IMG/VR virus record: IMGVR_UViG_3300037200_000158
Location: 1-64,000 of that record
Reading direction: 5' to 3' (one strand)
DNA length: 64,000 bases
DNA from: a virus
Positions 25,461 through 33,162 of the stretch are shown here, piece after piece. A program made the position numbers and the translations under genes. Numbering within the stretch: position 1 is the stretch's first letter; the number at the start of each line of letters is the position of its first letter. Below the pieces are notes generated by a model. It had not been told where the DNA came from, did no database searches, and was given only the letters and a program-made list of their open reading frames with translations.

Positions 25461-26474
25461 ATGACTACAAACATGATTACCCACAGCAAACTGGGCCGTC
25501 TCCTGTCGGTTCTTCTGATGGCGGCGGCGCTCAGCGCTTCCGCCTTCGGGGCCGCTCTTACGACCACAACTCTCACGGCCGCGATTCCCGCGGCCAACGG
25601 GAACCAGCAAACGGTTACCGTCATCAGCGTCGCAAGCAACAGCGGCATGGTGGCGCAGCCGACGCAACCGCAGTCGCAGGGCGGTCTCGGCGGGCCCTTC
25701 AGCGGGTCCGTCGCCACGTTCCTGTACGTCGACCACGAACTGATGTCGATCAATAACATCAACAGCACGTTCATCTCGGTCGGACGCGGCGTTCAGGGCA
25801 CTGTTGCCACTTCGCACAATTCTGGCGCAGTGGTCTATATCGCCACTGGCCGGCAGCTTGTGCCATCGAACAACAACGGCAACCCGCCGCTGTCCGGTTC
25901 CTGCAACTCGGCCTTCCAGCCGCCCGCTACCCCGTACATCGACATCTACACGGGAAACACGTGGGATTGCCCGAGTGTTGGGCCCTACGCCAGCACCTGG
26001 GTTATCAGCGGCAGCACCACCGGTTACCAGGGGTCGACCACGAATCTGAATCCCAATACGATTCAGTTCGTCTCGATTCCGCTGACGGCAGCTCAGATCA
26101 ATACGATCTACACCACGCCCATCCAGATCCTTCCGGCTCAGGGCGCCGGTACGCTGATCGAGGTTCAGTCCTGTACGCTCGATCTGAAGTACGGCTCTGC
26201 GGCCTTCACCAGCGGCGGAACTGTAACTATCGGGTACGGCACCACGCAGTCCACGGTCGCGGCCTCACCGGGCGCAGCCACTATCGCTTCTACGGTGCTG
26301 ACCACCTTCTCGGCCAGTCAGGCGATTAGCGTGGCCGGCGCGCTGGCGGTCACGGCCAACAGCCTCACCCTCAACAAGGCGCTGTCCATCACAAATGGTA
26401 CCGGCGTCTTCGCAACCGGCACCGGCGCTACTGCGGTGCTCGACTGCGCGTATCGCGTCCACAACGGATTCTAA
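25461..26474 (+). CDS. capsid-associated (decoration-like) protein, paralog A
   Basis: 337-aa track ORF directly after the coat gene. Signal-like N terminus. The C-terminal ~150 aa are similar to 26542..27357. Confidence 0.6.
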   Translation: MTTNMITHSKLGRLLSVLLMAAALSASAFGAALTTTTLTAAIPAANGNQQTVTVISVASNSGMVAQPTQPQSQGGLGGPFSGSVATFLYVDHELMSINNINSTFISVGRGVQGTVATSHNSGAVVYIATGRQLVPSNNNGNPPLSGSCNSAFQPPATPYIDIYTGNTWDCPSVGPYASTWVISGSTTGYQGSTTNLNPNTIQFVSIPLTAAQINTIYTTPIQILPAQGAGTLIEVQSCTLDLKYGSAAFTSGGTVTIGYGTTQSTVAASPGAATIASTVLTTFSASQAISVAGALAVTANSLTLNKALSITNGTGVFATGTGATAVLDCAYRVHNGF

Positions 26475-26486
26475 TCCGGGAGACTC

Positions 26487-26519
26487 AGGGCGGGGCTTCG
26501 GCTTCGCCCTTCGTTTCTC
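26487..26519 (+). terminator. intrinsic terminator
   Basis: AGGGCG-GGC-UUCG-GCU-CGCCCU hairpin followed by UCGUUUCUC. Confidence 0.65.
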
Positions 26520-26541
26520 ACTCAGGAGACCATTTCACGAA

Positions 26542-27357
26542 ATGACAAAACACAAATCTCTTTTGGCCGCCGTACTTATCGTCTGCCTCACGATGTCGAT
26601 GTCGTGGGCGCAGATCCAGACGCCCTACACCTACTCGAACAAGAACCCGTCGCCGAACGCGCCGGGCGGCAACTGCTTCACCAATACGCAGCCGGTCTAC
26701 AACTACCTGCTGAGCACGTACTGGTATTGCGTGCCGAACACATCACCTCCGACCAACCTTGGGACGTGGACCAGCTATTCGCTGCCGACCGGCATCCTGG
26801 CTATCAACTCGCTGGGGCAGCCAATCTCAGCGACCCTGAGCGGCACAGGAACCACGATCCCGACCGTCACGGGTCCTACTATTACGTCCGCTACGCTTGT
26901 CAGTCCCACGATCAGCGGTACGCCAACCGGGACAGCACAGTCCATCGTCATTCCGCTGACCCTCAGCCAACTGCAGACGCTGTTTACGGTAGGGGTTCAG
27001 ATTCTTCCGGTTCCCGCCGCGACGAGTATGTATGTGATGGGGCCATGCGTCCTTAACCTTACCTACGGTTCCGCAGCCTTCACCGGCGGCGGCGCTGTCT
27101 CAATAGGTTATGGGAACACTTACGCATCGACAACCCCAAGTCCGCTTACGCACGGGACTATTGCGGCGACGGTCTTCACGACCTTCTCGGCGAGTCACGG
27201 CGTTGTAGTAATACCAGCCGCAGTGGCCGTTACGGCAACCACCGGACTGGCCGGGAAGGCTGTCTTTATGAGCGCCGCCACGCAGGACTTCGCTGCCGGC
27301 ACTGGCGGCACCGGCCAGGTGTCCTGCCAGTACAGCGTCGTCACTGGCGTGTCGTAA
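26542..27357 (+). CDS. capsid-associated protein, paralog B
   Basis: ATG 26542 with GGAGA upstream. MTKHKSLLAAVLIVCLTMSMSWAQ. IVIPLTLSQLQTLFTVGVQILP...LTYGSAAFTGGGAVSIGYG parallels paralog A. Confidence 0.6.
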   Translation: MTKHKSLLAAVLIVCLTMSMSWAQIQTPYTYSNKNPSPNAPGGNCFTNTQPVYNYLLSTYWYCVPNTSPPTNLGTWTSYSLPTGILAINSLGQPISATLSGTGTTIPTVTGPTITSATLVSPTISGTPTGTAQSIVIPLTLSQLQTLFTVGVQILPVPAATSMYVMGPCVLNLTYGSAAFTGGGAVSIGYGNTYASTTPSPLTHGTIAATVFTTFSASHGVVVIPAAVAVTATTGLAGKAVFMSAATQDFAAGTGGTGQVSCQYSVVTGVS

Positions 27358-27369
27358 GAAGAAGGATCG

Positions 27370-27786
27370 ATGCGCGTAAACAAAACAATCACCGGAACGG
27401 CCTCCACGCCTGTCAATGCCGCCACTGGCCTCACCGCCGCTGGCGGCATGACCGGCTACGGGCGACTCGCACCTGTCTGGGTGCGGTCGATCTTCATCCA
27501 GATGCTGGTCGGCAGCCAATCATATGGGATCGTCATGGATGGCATTTACGGCGTACAGGCCGACGGCGTGTCGCCGCGCATCCCAAGCGCTCTCGGTGCG
27601 ACCAATGGCGACCTGACAGCGCAATTGGCACCCGCCGGGGTCAACAGCCCAGGCGGCACCTACGGCGACCAGTACGCCCTGGACAACCAACAGGCGTCTA
27701 TCGACGCTACGAAGATTTGGGTTGACTTCGCCCGAACGGGTGACCAGATGGTCATCTCCTACGATGTCGTCGAGTCCAAACTGTAG
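27370..27786 (+). CDS. hypothetical structural protein
   Basis: 138-aa track ORF. Confidence 0.55.
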   Translation: MRVNKTITGTASTPVNAATGLTAAGGMTGYGRLAPVWVRSIFIQMLVGSQSYGIVMDGIYGVQADGVSPRIPSALGATNGDLTAQLAPAGVNSPGGTYGDQYALDNQQASIDATKIWVDFARTGDQMVISYDVVESKL

Positions 27787-27821
27787 CCGCAGCGCAGCAC
27801 ATTACGAAAATCGAATCACCT

Positions 27822-28316
27822 ATGACAAAACCAGGACTTTCCACCGAACATCCCAAATGGCTGCACAAAGCAGGCCATCGCTCGATGCTGGCCCAGGGCC
27901 CCGAGCACGAAACCGAACTCCGCGATCAGGGCTTCAGCCACGAACAGCCAATCGTAGCGCCGTCGCCCAACTGGCAGAACCAGCAACTGACGGCGAACGC
28001 AGGCCTGGACTCGAAGCCCGCGCCCGGCACCGTGCCTACCTCCGTCATGGATGCGGAGATCGAGAATCTGAAGACGCGCTTCGATGCCGCATGGGACCGG
28101 AAGTGCAAGGAACTCGACGGCGTCACCGAGCAGTTGAAGGACGCAAACGACGCGCTTCACAATCTGAAGATCGACCACGATAAGCTCGTCTCGGACCACG
28201 CCACGCTCATCGGCGAGCACGCGAAGCTCCTGACCGAGCAGAACGCCCTGCTGGCCGCACAGAAGGATTCCGCGAAGCCCGCGCCGGTTAAACCGCCGGT
28301 TGCCGCGAAGGCGTAA
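27822..28316 (+). CDS. coiled-coil protein
   Basis: 164-aa track ORF. Confidence 0.55.
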   Translation: MTKPGLSTEHPKWLHKAGHRSMLAQGPEHETELRDQGFSHEQPIVAPSPNWQNQQLTANAGLDSKPAPGTVPTSVMDAEIENLKTRFDAAWDRKCKELDGVTEQLKDANDALHNLKIDHDKLVSDHATLIGEHAKLLTEQNALLAAQKDSAKPAPVKPPVAAKA

Positions 28317-28317
28317 C

Positions 28318-28782
28318 GTGTTCCGTCTTGCCTTCCACGATTCTTCCTTCGATCAGACCTCTGCCAACGGCGCGCTATTCGACCGGCTCATCGCCTGGCG
28401 AACCGGCTCGCCGCTGGTCCACGTTGAGTTCGTGATGTCCGAAGGTAACGACAAGGCCGCGACGACCTACTCATCCGTCCCCGGTGCCGGAGTGCGCTAC
28501 GCGCAGATCGACATCACGCAGCCATGGTGGAAGGTTGTGCCGCTCCCGCCGCTCAAGGATGGCGTCAGCGCGGCAGCAGCGCGCTATCTCGGGCAGAAGT
28601 ACGACTGGATGGGGATCATCGGCTTCGTCGCCCCGTTCGGCGAGCACGACGATAACGACAAGTTCTGCTCGGAAGTCTGCACGGATCTTTTGCAGGCGGC
28701 TGGGCTGTTCCCGTTCGTGAAGCCGTGGTGCGTGTCGCCGGGCGACCTGTTCAGGATGGTCAGCAGTCTAAAAACGGCATAA
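28318..28782 (+). CDS. papain-like (YiiX/NlpC-P60-type) cysteine peptidase, putative
   Basis: GTG 28318 right after the previous stop. KYDWMGIIGF...DNDKFCSEVCTDLL...VSPGDL resembles the permuted papain fold. Confidence 0.5.
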   Translation: MFRLAFHDSSFDQTSANGALFDRLIAWRTGSPLVHVEFVMSEGNDKAATTYSSVPGAGVRYAQIDITQPWWKVVPLPPLKDGVSAAAARYLGQKYDWMGIIGFVAPFGEHDDNDKFCSEVCTDLLQAAGLFPFVKPWCVSPGDLFRMVSSLKTA

Positions 28783-28795
28783 CTAAGGCATTCTT

Positions 28796-28978
28796 ATGGC
28801 ATTCCCAAAGGGTCTTTTCACTCCTAACATCGTCCGCGTGCAGAACCCAAAGCCGGCGACACGCCCGTTCTCCCAGGAAGCAGTACGCGTTTCCGGCATG
28901 CAGGGACCGCGCGGTTACTTCCGTGCGCCGCGGGAACCGGAGATCCCGAAGCCGCAGACGCTGAAGCCGACAGGGTAG
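28796..28978 (+). CDS. hypothetical small protein
   Basis: 60-aa track ORF. Confidence 0.4.
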   Translation: MAFPKGLFTPNIVRVQNPKPATRPFSQEAVRVSGMQGPRGYFRAPREPEIPKPQTLKPTG

Positions 28979-28982
28979 TTCT

Positions 28983-29198
28983 ATGCCGCGCACCGTTCCC
29001 GAACTCGAAGCTGCCGCGCGATCACTCAAGCACGGCGAGAAGTTCGTCCTTTCGACGGCGGAAGCGCAGGCGCTCGTCACGCACCATCAGAATGCGGCCG
29101 TAGCGCGCGGCAAGAAGCGGCCTGACACGCAGTACCTGATGAAGAAGGCGGCCTCCGGGAAGGCGAGTATGTTCGGGCATTTGCTGGAGGTAAAGTAG
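28983..29198 (+). CDS. hypothetical small protein
   Basis: 71-aa track ORF. Confidence 0.5.
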   Translation: MPRTVPELEAAARSLKHGEKFVLSTAEAQALVTHHQNAAVARGKKRPDTQYLMKKAASGKASMFGHLLEVK

Positions 29199-29199
29199 T

Positions 29200-29406
29200 A
29201 TGCCGTGGGAGCCGAAAGAAGCTAAAGCACACACCGTTAAGGCGAATACCGCACCGAAGCAGAAGCAGTGGGCCGACGTGGCGGACAAGGTACTCGCGCA
29301 GTCCGGCGACGAGAAGAAGGCCATCGTCATTGCGAACGGAGTGGTAAAGAATCACCCGGCGCGGCGCATGCACGGGGATGGCGTCGGCCATTTCTCGGGC
29401 CATTGA
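29200..29406 (+). CDS. hypothetical small protein
   Basis: 68-aa track ORF. Confidence 0.5.
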   Translation: MPWEPKEAKAHTVKANTAPKQKQWADVADKVLAQSGDEKKAIVIANGVVKNHPARRMHGDGVGHFSGH

Positions 29407-29417
29407 AGGAGAAAGCC

Positions 29418-29648
29418 GTGAAGTTAAGCAAAGAGAAGCGCGCATCCCTGCCGAAGTCGGATTTCCTCGGGCCCGGACGCTCATTCCCAGGTAACGACGC
29501 GGAGCATTTACGCAAGGCGATCCAGCTCGCGCCACGCTCCGAGCACGCCGGCAACATCTCGAAGGCAACCGAAGAACGAATTGTGTCGGCAGCGAAACGC
29601 CGGCTCTATCACGGAGACGGCGACGGCAGTCATTGGTCAGGAAAGTAG
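29418..29648 (+). CDS. hypothetical small protein
   Basis: GTG 29418 with GAAGGAGAAAG upstream, within track ORF 29268..29648. Confidence 0.5.
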   Translation: MKLSKEKRASLPKSDFLGPGRSFPGNDAEHLRKAIQLAPRSEHAGNISKATEERIVSAAKRRLYHGDGDGSHWSGK

Positions 29649-29660
29649 AAGGAGAAAACG

Positions 29661-29864
29661 ATGAAACAGATGCTCAAAGACGCGATGGACAAGATGTTGC
29701 CGCACAGCACCTCCGACGGCAAAATGATGGAGCATGAAATGCCCATGCACGCCGAAGACAACGTGATGGGGATGCACAACTTCAAGAAGGGCAAGATGCA
29801 CGAAGATTCGAAGGCGACCGGGCATCAGCACGGCGACGGCAAAGGGAATTGGACCGGGCACTAA
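29661..29864 (+). CDS. His/Met-rich small protein
   Basis: 67 aa with GAAGGAGAAAA upstream. About 11 Met and 8 His (MMEHEMPMHAEDNVMGMH). Confidence 0.55.
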   Translation: MKQMLKDAMDKMLPHSTSDGKMMEHEMPMHAEDNVMGMHNFKKGKMHEDSKATGHQHGDGKGNWTGH

Positions 29865-30002
29865 AGCGGCGCCTCCACGACTGGCTCTGGCTGGCGCTCC
29901 TGCTGCTGGCCTCCGGCTGGTACGTGAACTGGCGGGTCTCGGCGCATGCTCACTGCGCCTGTCCGTACTGCACGTGTGCGCGGGATGGCCGCTCTTGCGG
30001 TT

Positions 30003-30061
30003 GCGGGATGCGGTAGATTCTAAATCGGTACACGGCGGTTCGAATCCGGATTCCCGCACCA
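30003..30061 (+). ncRNA. tRNA-like mini-element (acceptor helix + T-loop + CCA), imperfect
   Basis: GCGGGA(30003-08)/UCCCGC(30052-57) helix, GGTTCGAATCC T-loop motif at 30037-47 with only a 3-bp stem, then A-CCA. No D or anticodon arm could be drawn. Confidence 0.35.
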
Positions 30062-30091
30062 TTCTTTTCCGGTTGCAAAGTTGATCCGAGC

Positions 30092-30100
30092 CGTATTACA
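30092..30100. promoter_or_regulatory. CGTATTACA (8/9 palindrome family)
   Basis: Ends 8 nt before the 5' end of the tRNA-like gene. Confidence 0.45.
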
Positions 30101-30107
30101 CTGTGGC

Positions 30108-30180
30108 TTCGGTGTGGCGCAGCGGTCAGCGCGTCGGCCTCATAAGCCGAAGGTCGTGGGTTCGAGTCCCTCCACCGTTA
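30108..30180 (+). tRNA. tRNA-Met-like (CAU anticodon), imperfect stems
   Basis: Hand fold: D arm GCGC-AGCGGTCA-GCGC, anticodon arm TCGGC-CTCATAA-GCCGA, variable loop AGGTC, T arm GTGGG-TTCGAGT-CCCTC (one U.U mismatch). The acceptor pairs only 5 of 7 positions. No encoded CCA. Confidence 0.55.
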
Positions 30181-30387
30181 TAGTTTCAGCAAAGATCGGC
30201 GCGGCTGGTAAGGCGACAGCGACCTCACTGAGCGAGGTTCCGAAAGTTCGGGTGAGCCAGTCAATCCCCGGCGCAAACGACATACCCACAACCATGAGAG
30301 CGAGAGCCGGTAACCGTCAGCAGTCCGCGAGGTCCTTCGGGAAGAGCGGGGCGGTGAAGGGTGAAGAAGTGGCAATCGCGTAGAAAG
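30181..30387 (+). ncRNA. ORF-poor structured region downstream of tRNA (candidate ncRNA)
   Basis: No credible CDS. Hairpins GACCUC-ACUGAGC-GAGGUU, GGCUGG...CCAGUC and UCC-UUCG-GGA. Bounded by the tRNA-like gene and a terminator. Confidence 0.35.
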
Positions 30388-30428
30388 CGCCGGAAGTCCG
30401 AAATGGCCTCCGGCGTTTCTATTTCACT
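30388..30428 (+). terminator. intrinsic terminator
   Basis: CGCCGGA(A)G...CUCCGGCG stem followed by UUUCUAUUU. Confidence 0.65.
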
Positions 30429-30615
30429 CCGACTTGTGATACAGTCTTAATACTTTCCGTTTGCTCCGTACCCATGAGCATGCGGCACCCAAGAACTTTA
30501 CCTCTCCTGATGCGGCCGCTTCTTTAGGCGGGGGCGGCCGCAACGGTTTCTTCGCTTGCGAGACTCCCGCAAAATATGGATCGACTCGACGCACGGCGAG
30601 GTTCCTCACGTCGGA

Positions 30616-30822
30616 ATGTACCTCGTCACCCTTGGCAAGCGTAGCGTCGGCACGGTCTACCTCATCACGTCCTGGAGGCAGATCAAACGCCGCGATCCGC
30701 TGGCTTCCCCTCGATTCGGCCTGACCGTTCAGCCCGGCCATACGTTCGACGACGCCCGCGCTTCCGGCGATTACTGGCACATGCGTTGGAATCCACGTAA
30801 CAAGAAAAGTCAACACCCATGA
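30616..30822 (+). CDS. hypothetical small protein
   Basis: ATG 30616 within track ORF 30556..30822 (TTG 30556 is also possible). Its stop forms an ATGA overlap with the next gene. Confidence 0.5.
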   Translation: MYLVTLGKRSVGTVYLITSWRQIKRRDPLASPRFGLTVQPGHTFDDARASGDYWHMRWNPRNKKSQHP

Positions 30823-31265
30823 AAATCCTCTTCACGCTCGCGCTTCTCTGCGCCCCCGCATCCTTCGCTCAGGGTCTGTCCGTAGACCTCCTGAAGACCG
30901 GCCACGCCATTAAGGCGCTGCACGGGCATGTCACGTCTGCCGTCGCATGGCGGCGCGCTACAGGGCTTATGCTGGCCTCTGCCGATATCATCGACTGGCG
31001 TACAACCTACATCGGAGTCGTAAACGGCCCGAACTGCGAAGAGAATCCGGTCTTCCAGAACGCCGGCGGCTGCAAAATCAACAAGCCGAGGTTCAACGTT
31101 GTCAAAGGCGCGATCCTTGGGGTCGTTCTGGCCGAGGAACTCACACCGAAGCTGCCGCATCAGGATTTCTGGAACCGCACGTTCATCATTGGGAACGTGG
31201 CAGGCTCGATTGCCCTCGGGATTGTCGATGGCAGCAACATCCATGTGTTGGTGACCCAGAAATGA
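30819..31265 (+). CDS. secreted protein
   Basis: 148-aa track ORF. MKILFTLALLCAPASFAQG. Confidence 0.6.
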   Translation: MKILFTLALLCAPASFAQGLSVDLLKTGHAIKALHGHVTSAVAWRRATGLMLASADIIDWRTTYIGVVNGPNCEENPVFQNAGGCKINKPRFNVVKGAILGVVLAEELTPKLPHQDFWNRTFIIGNVAGSIALGIVDGSNIHVLVTQK

Positions 31266-31636
31266 GCACCGTTTTTGCGAGTCCGATCGCTGGATTACTC
31301 CCGGGATGCGAGTTCGTTCGGATCGGGCAGGCAGATCCTACCGAGTTCGAACAGGTGGGCGACAGGATCTATAAAGGCGAGCGCGGCATGTCTCAGGTGG
31401 TGGTCAAGCCTGCGGCTGGCTACCGCTTCCTGTTCGACATCCTGAACAATTGCTATGCGCCGGTGAGGGATCTCCCGGCGAAGAAGTCGTTTGTCATCCG
31501 CTTCGAAGCTGAAGACGAATGGGGCCTGAAGAGGCTCTATCAGATCGGGCAGGTGCTGGGCGTGGTCAGCATCACGGAAGAAGAAGCATCTGCTCCCGTT
31601 GTGCCAATTCCCGACGCGCCAGCGCCCGCCGCTTAG
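31262..31636 (+). CDS. hypothetical protein
   Basis: ATG 31262 (ATGA overlap) within track ORF 30947..31636. Confidence 0.55.
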   Translation: MSTVFASPIAGLLPGCEFVRIGQADPTEFEQVGDRIYKGERGMSQVVVKPAAGYRFLFDILNNCYAPVRDLPAKKSFVIRFEAEDEWGLKRLYQIGQVLGVVSITEEEASAPVVPIPDAPAPAA

Positions 31637-31763
31637 CGAGCGCCGCAGTCTCCTTCAGGTGGCAGGCGTGGCACAAAGCCCGTAGGTTGCTTCGGTCGCC
31701 TGTGCCGCCCTCGACTACCGGAACGATGTGATCGACCTCGCAGGCATGATTATTTTCGCACGG
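31572..31763 (-). pseudogene. HNH endonuclease core without a start codon (remnant?)
   Basis: Minus-strand open frame PCENNHACEVDHIVPVVEGGTGDRSNLRALCHACHLKET.... It is in the same frame as 31791..32057 but separated from it by TGA, TGA and TAA. No ATG/GTG/TTG start. Confidence 0.5.
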
Positions 31764-31790
31764 TTACCTTCATGGCGGTCTGTAGGTTCT

Positions 31791-32057
31791 TCACTTGCCT
31801 GCTGGCTCGCCAATCAGACCTTCCGATTCGAGTTGGTTACATACCTCTACTGCTTGCCGAAGCGGAATACCAAGGCGATCCGAGATATCATCGTAAAATA
31901 ACGGAGAAGCGCCGGACTCACCGAACAAGGCGACGATTCGATCACGCGCCGCCTCATTGCTGATCTCCTCGATTTCAATATCAGCACCTGCGTCTGGGCT
32001 ATGCGAAATACACGACAGGATCTTTTCAAGCATTTCCTGCTGATCGCTCATGGCCAT
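31791..32057 (-). CDS. winged-helix-like small protein
   Basis: 88-aa track ORF. DISDRLGIPLRQAVEVCNQLESEGLI. Confidence 0.55.
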   Translation of the reverse strand: MAMSDQQEMLEKILSCISHSPDAGADIEIEEISNEAARDRIVALFGESGASPLFYDDISDRLGIPLRQAVEVCNQLESEGLIGEPAGK

Positions 32058-32081
32058 CCTGATCTTCTGTCATTCCGTCAT

Positions 32082-32090
32082 TGTAATACA
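32082..32090. promoter_or_regulatory. TGTAATACA palindrome
   Basis: Perfect 9-mer, 15 nt before ATG 32105 and 25 nt from minus-strand ATG 32057. Confidence 0.5.
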
Positions 32091-32104
32091 AACCACAACC
32101 CAAA

Positions 32105-32836
32105 ATGGCAACCTGTTTAGATCTCTGCACCGACGCGATGATTCTCTGCGGAGAATTGGCTCAAGGTCAGACTCCTTCTCCTGAAGACGCGCAATTCCTG
32201 TTCACCCGCATTAACTCCGTCCTCGATAACCTAAGCCAGGACGAGGCCTGGATCTTCTCGCGCACGATCCAGACCTACCAACTGACGTCCGGCATCGCCA
32301 GTTACGCCATTGGCCCCACAGCGCCAGCGCCCTTCAACACGCCGCGCCCGAACAAGATCGACTTCGCCCGCATCCTGATCCAGATCGCCGGAGCGTACGT
32401 CGGCGTGAAGGACCTGGACATCATCGACTATGCGCGGTACGTCGAGTACTCGGACAAGACGACTTCGGGGCGAACGGCTGAAAGCCTCTACTACGACAAT
32501 TCCGTTCTGACTGGGAACGTTATCCTGTACCCTGTCCCGACGTGCGCCGCGCCCACGCAGTTGGAACTCACTTTCTGGACGCAGTTGCCGCAATTCGCCT
32601 CGCTGGTCTCGGTGTTCAACTTCCCGCCCGGCTACTACGAAGCGCTTGTGCTCCTGCTCGCGGTCGCGATCATGCCTGCGTACAACAAGCCGCTCGATCA
32701 GGTGACTATCGGTCGCGCCGAACAGTGCGTGCAGCGCATCAAGACCATCAACAAGATGATCCTTATGCCCGGCTTACCGCCCGCGGCGTATCTCCCGCCG
32801 CAAGCTCCACCAGCACCACAGCAGGCCCAGCAGTAA
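32105..32836 (+). CDS. virion structural protein (tail adaptor/tubular-like), paralog 1
   Basis: 243-aa track ORF. Shares an architecture with 34622..35500 (LN...L...E; RP..I; LYPVP/LWPVP; PPGYYEAL/PPAYQELL). Confidence 0.6.
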   Translation: MATCLDLCTDAMILCGELAQGQTPSPEDAQFLFTRINSVLDNLSQDEAWIFSRTIQTYQLTSGIASYAIGPTAPAPFNTPRPNKIDFARILIQIAGAYVGVKDLDIIDYARYVEYSDKTTSGRTAESLYYDNSVLTGNVILYPVPTCAAPTQLELTFWTQLPQFASLVSVFNFPPGYYEALVLLLAVAIMPAYNKPLDQVTIGRAEQCVQRIKTINKMILMPGLPPAAYLPPQAPPAPQQAQQ

Positions 32837-32842
32837 AACTCC

Positions 32843-33151
32843 ATGTCACAGGGACGAACAGACACGATGCCTGACGCCGCGCACTCTAACCCGCTCGAAT
32901 TCACGCTGGGCGACCACGACCGAATCCTGAAATGCGCCTCGGGCGTAGATCAGATTATTGAGAAACTGACCGCCTTCGACAAGCGCATCGACGTGATCGA
33001 GACTTCATTCGCCACGCGAGTCCTCGCTCTTGAAGACCGCGTCAAAAGCGTGGAGGACTGGAAGCTCCGCGTTATGGCGATTGTCTCGCTCGCGGCCTTC
33101 GTAGTAGGCGCAATGGCGCACTCGGCAACGGCTTCATTCTTCGGAAAGTAA
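32843..33151 (+). CDS. hypothetical protein with C-terminal TM segment
   Basis: 102-aa track ORF. VMAIVSLAAFVVGAMAH. Confidence 0.55.
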   Translation: MSQGRTDTMPDAAHSNPLEFTLGDHDRILKCASGVDQIIEKLTAFDKRIDVIETSFATRVLALEDRVKSVEDWKLRVMAIVSLAAFVVGAMAHSATASFFGK

Positions 33152-33162
33152 CAACGACCCTG

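Noticed and set aside
30034-30061. tRNA 3'-end fragments (here and at 61564-61591) as attP/attR cores that would define the prophage ends.
   Set aside because: They are far from the only recombinase gene. No matching direct repeat is visible elsewhere in the window, and phage-like genes continue on both sides. This cannot be tested without the host tRNA sequences, so it is kept only as an alternative explanation in the findings.
30273-30383. tmRNA-like tag. GCAAACGAC (Ala-Asn-Asp, identical to the start of the E. coli tag-coding sequence) opens a frame ending ...EEVAIA-TAG just before a hairpin. The upstream T-loop/CCA element might have been the acceptor piece of a permuted tmRNA.
   Set aside because: The frame is 36 codons, too long for a tag, and its end is not LAA- or VAA-like. 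I found no 5' acceptor strand complementary to UUCCCGC at the start of the putative coding piece, no PK1 and no P2 pairing. The 9-nt identity can be chance. Left as an unclassified ncRNA candidate.
31764-31793. Stop-codon reassignment (suppressor tRNA plus recoded late genes), suggested by the in-frame stops and odd tRNA-like elements.
   Set aside because: Three different stop codons occur within 33 nt. All large late genes (portal, fibres, the 2,812-aa ORF) are intact in the standard code.
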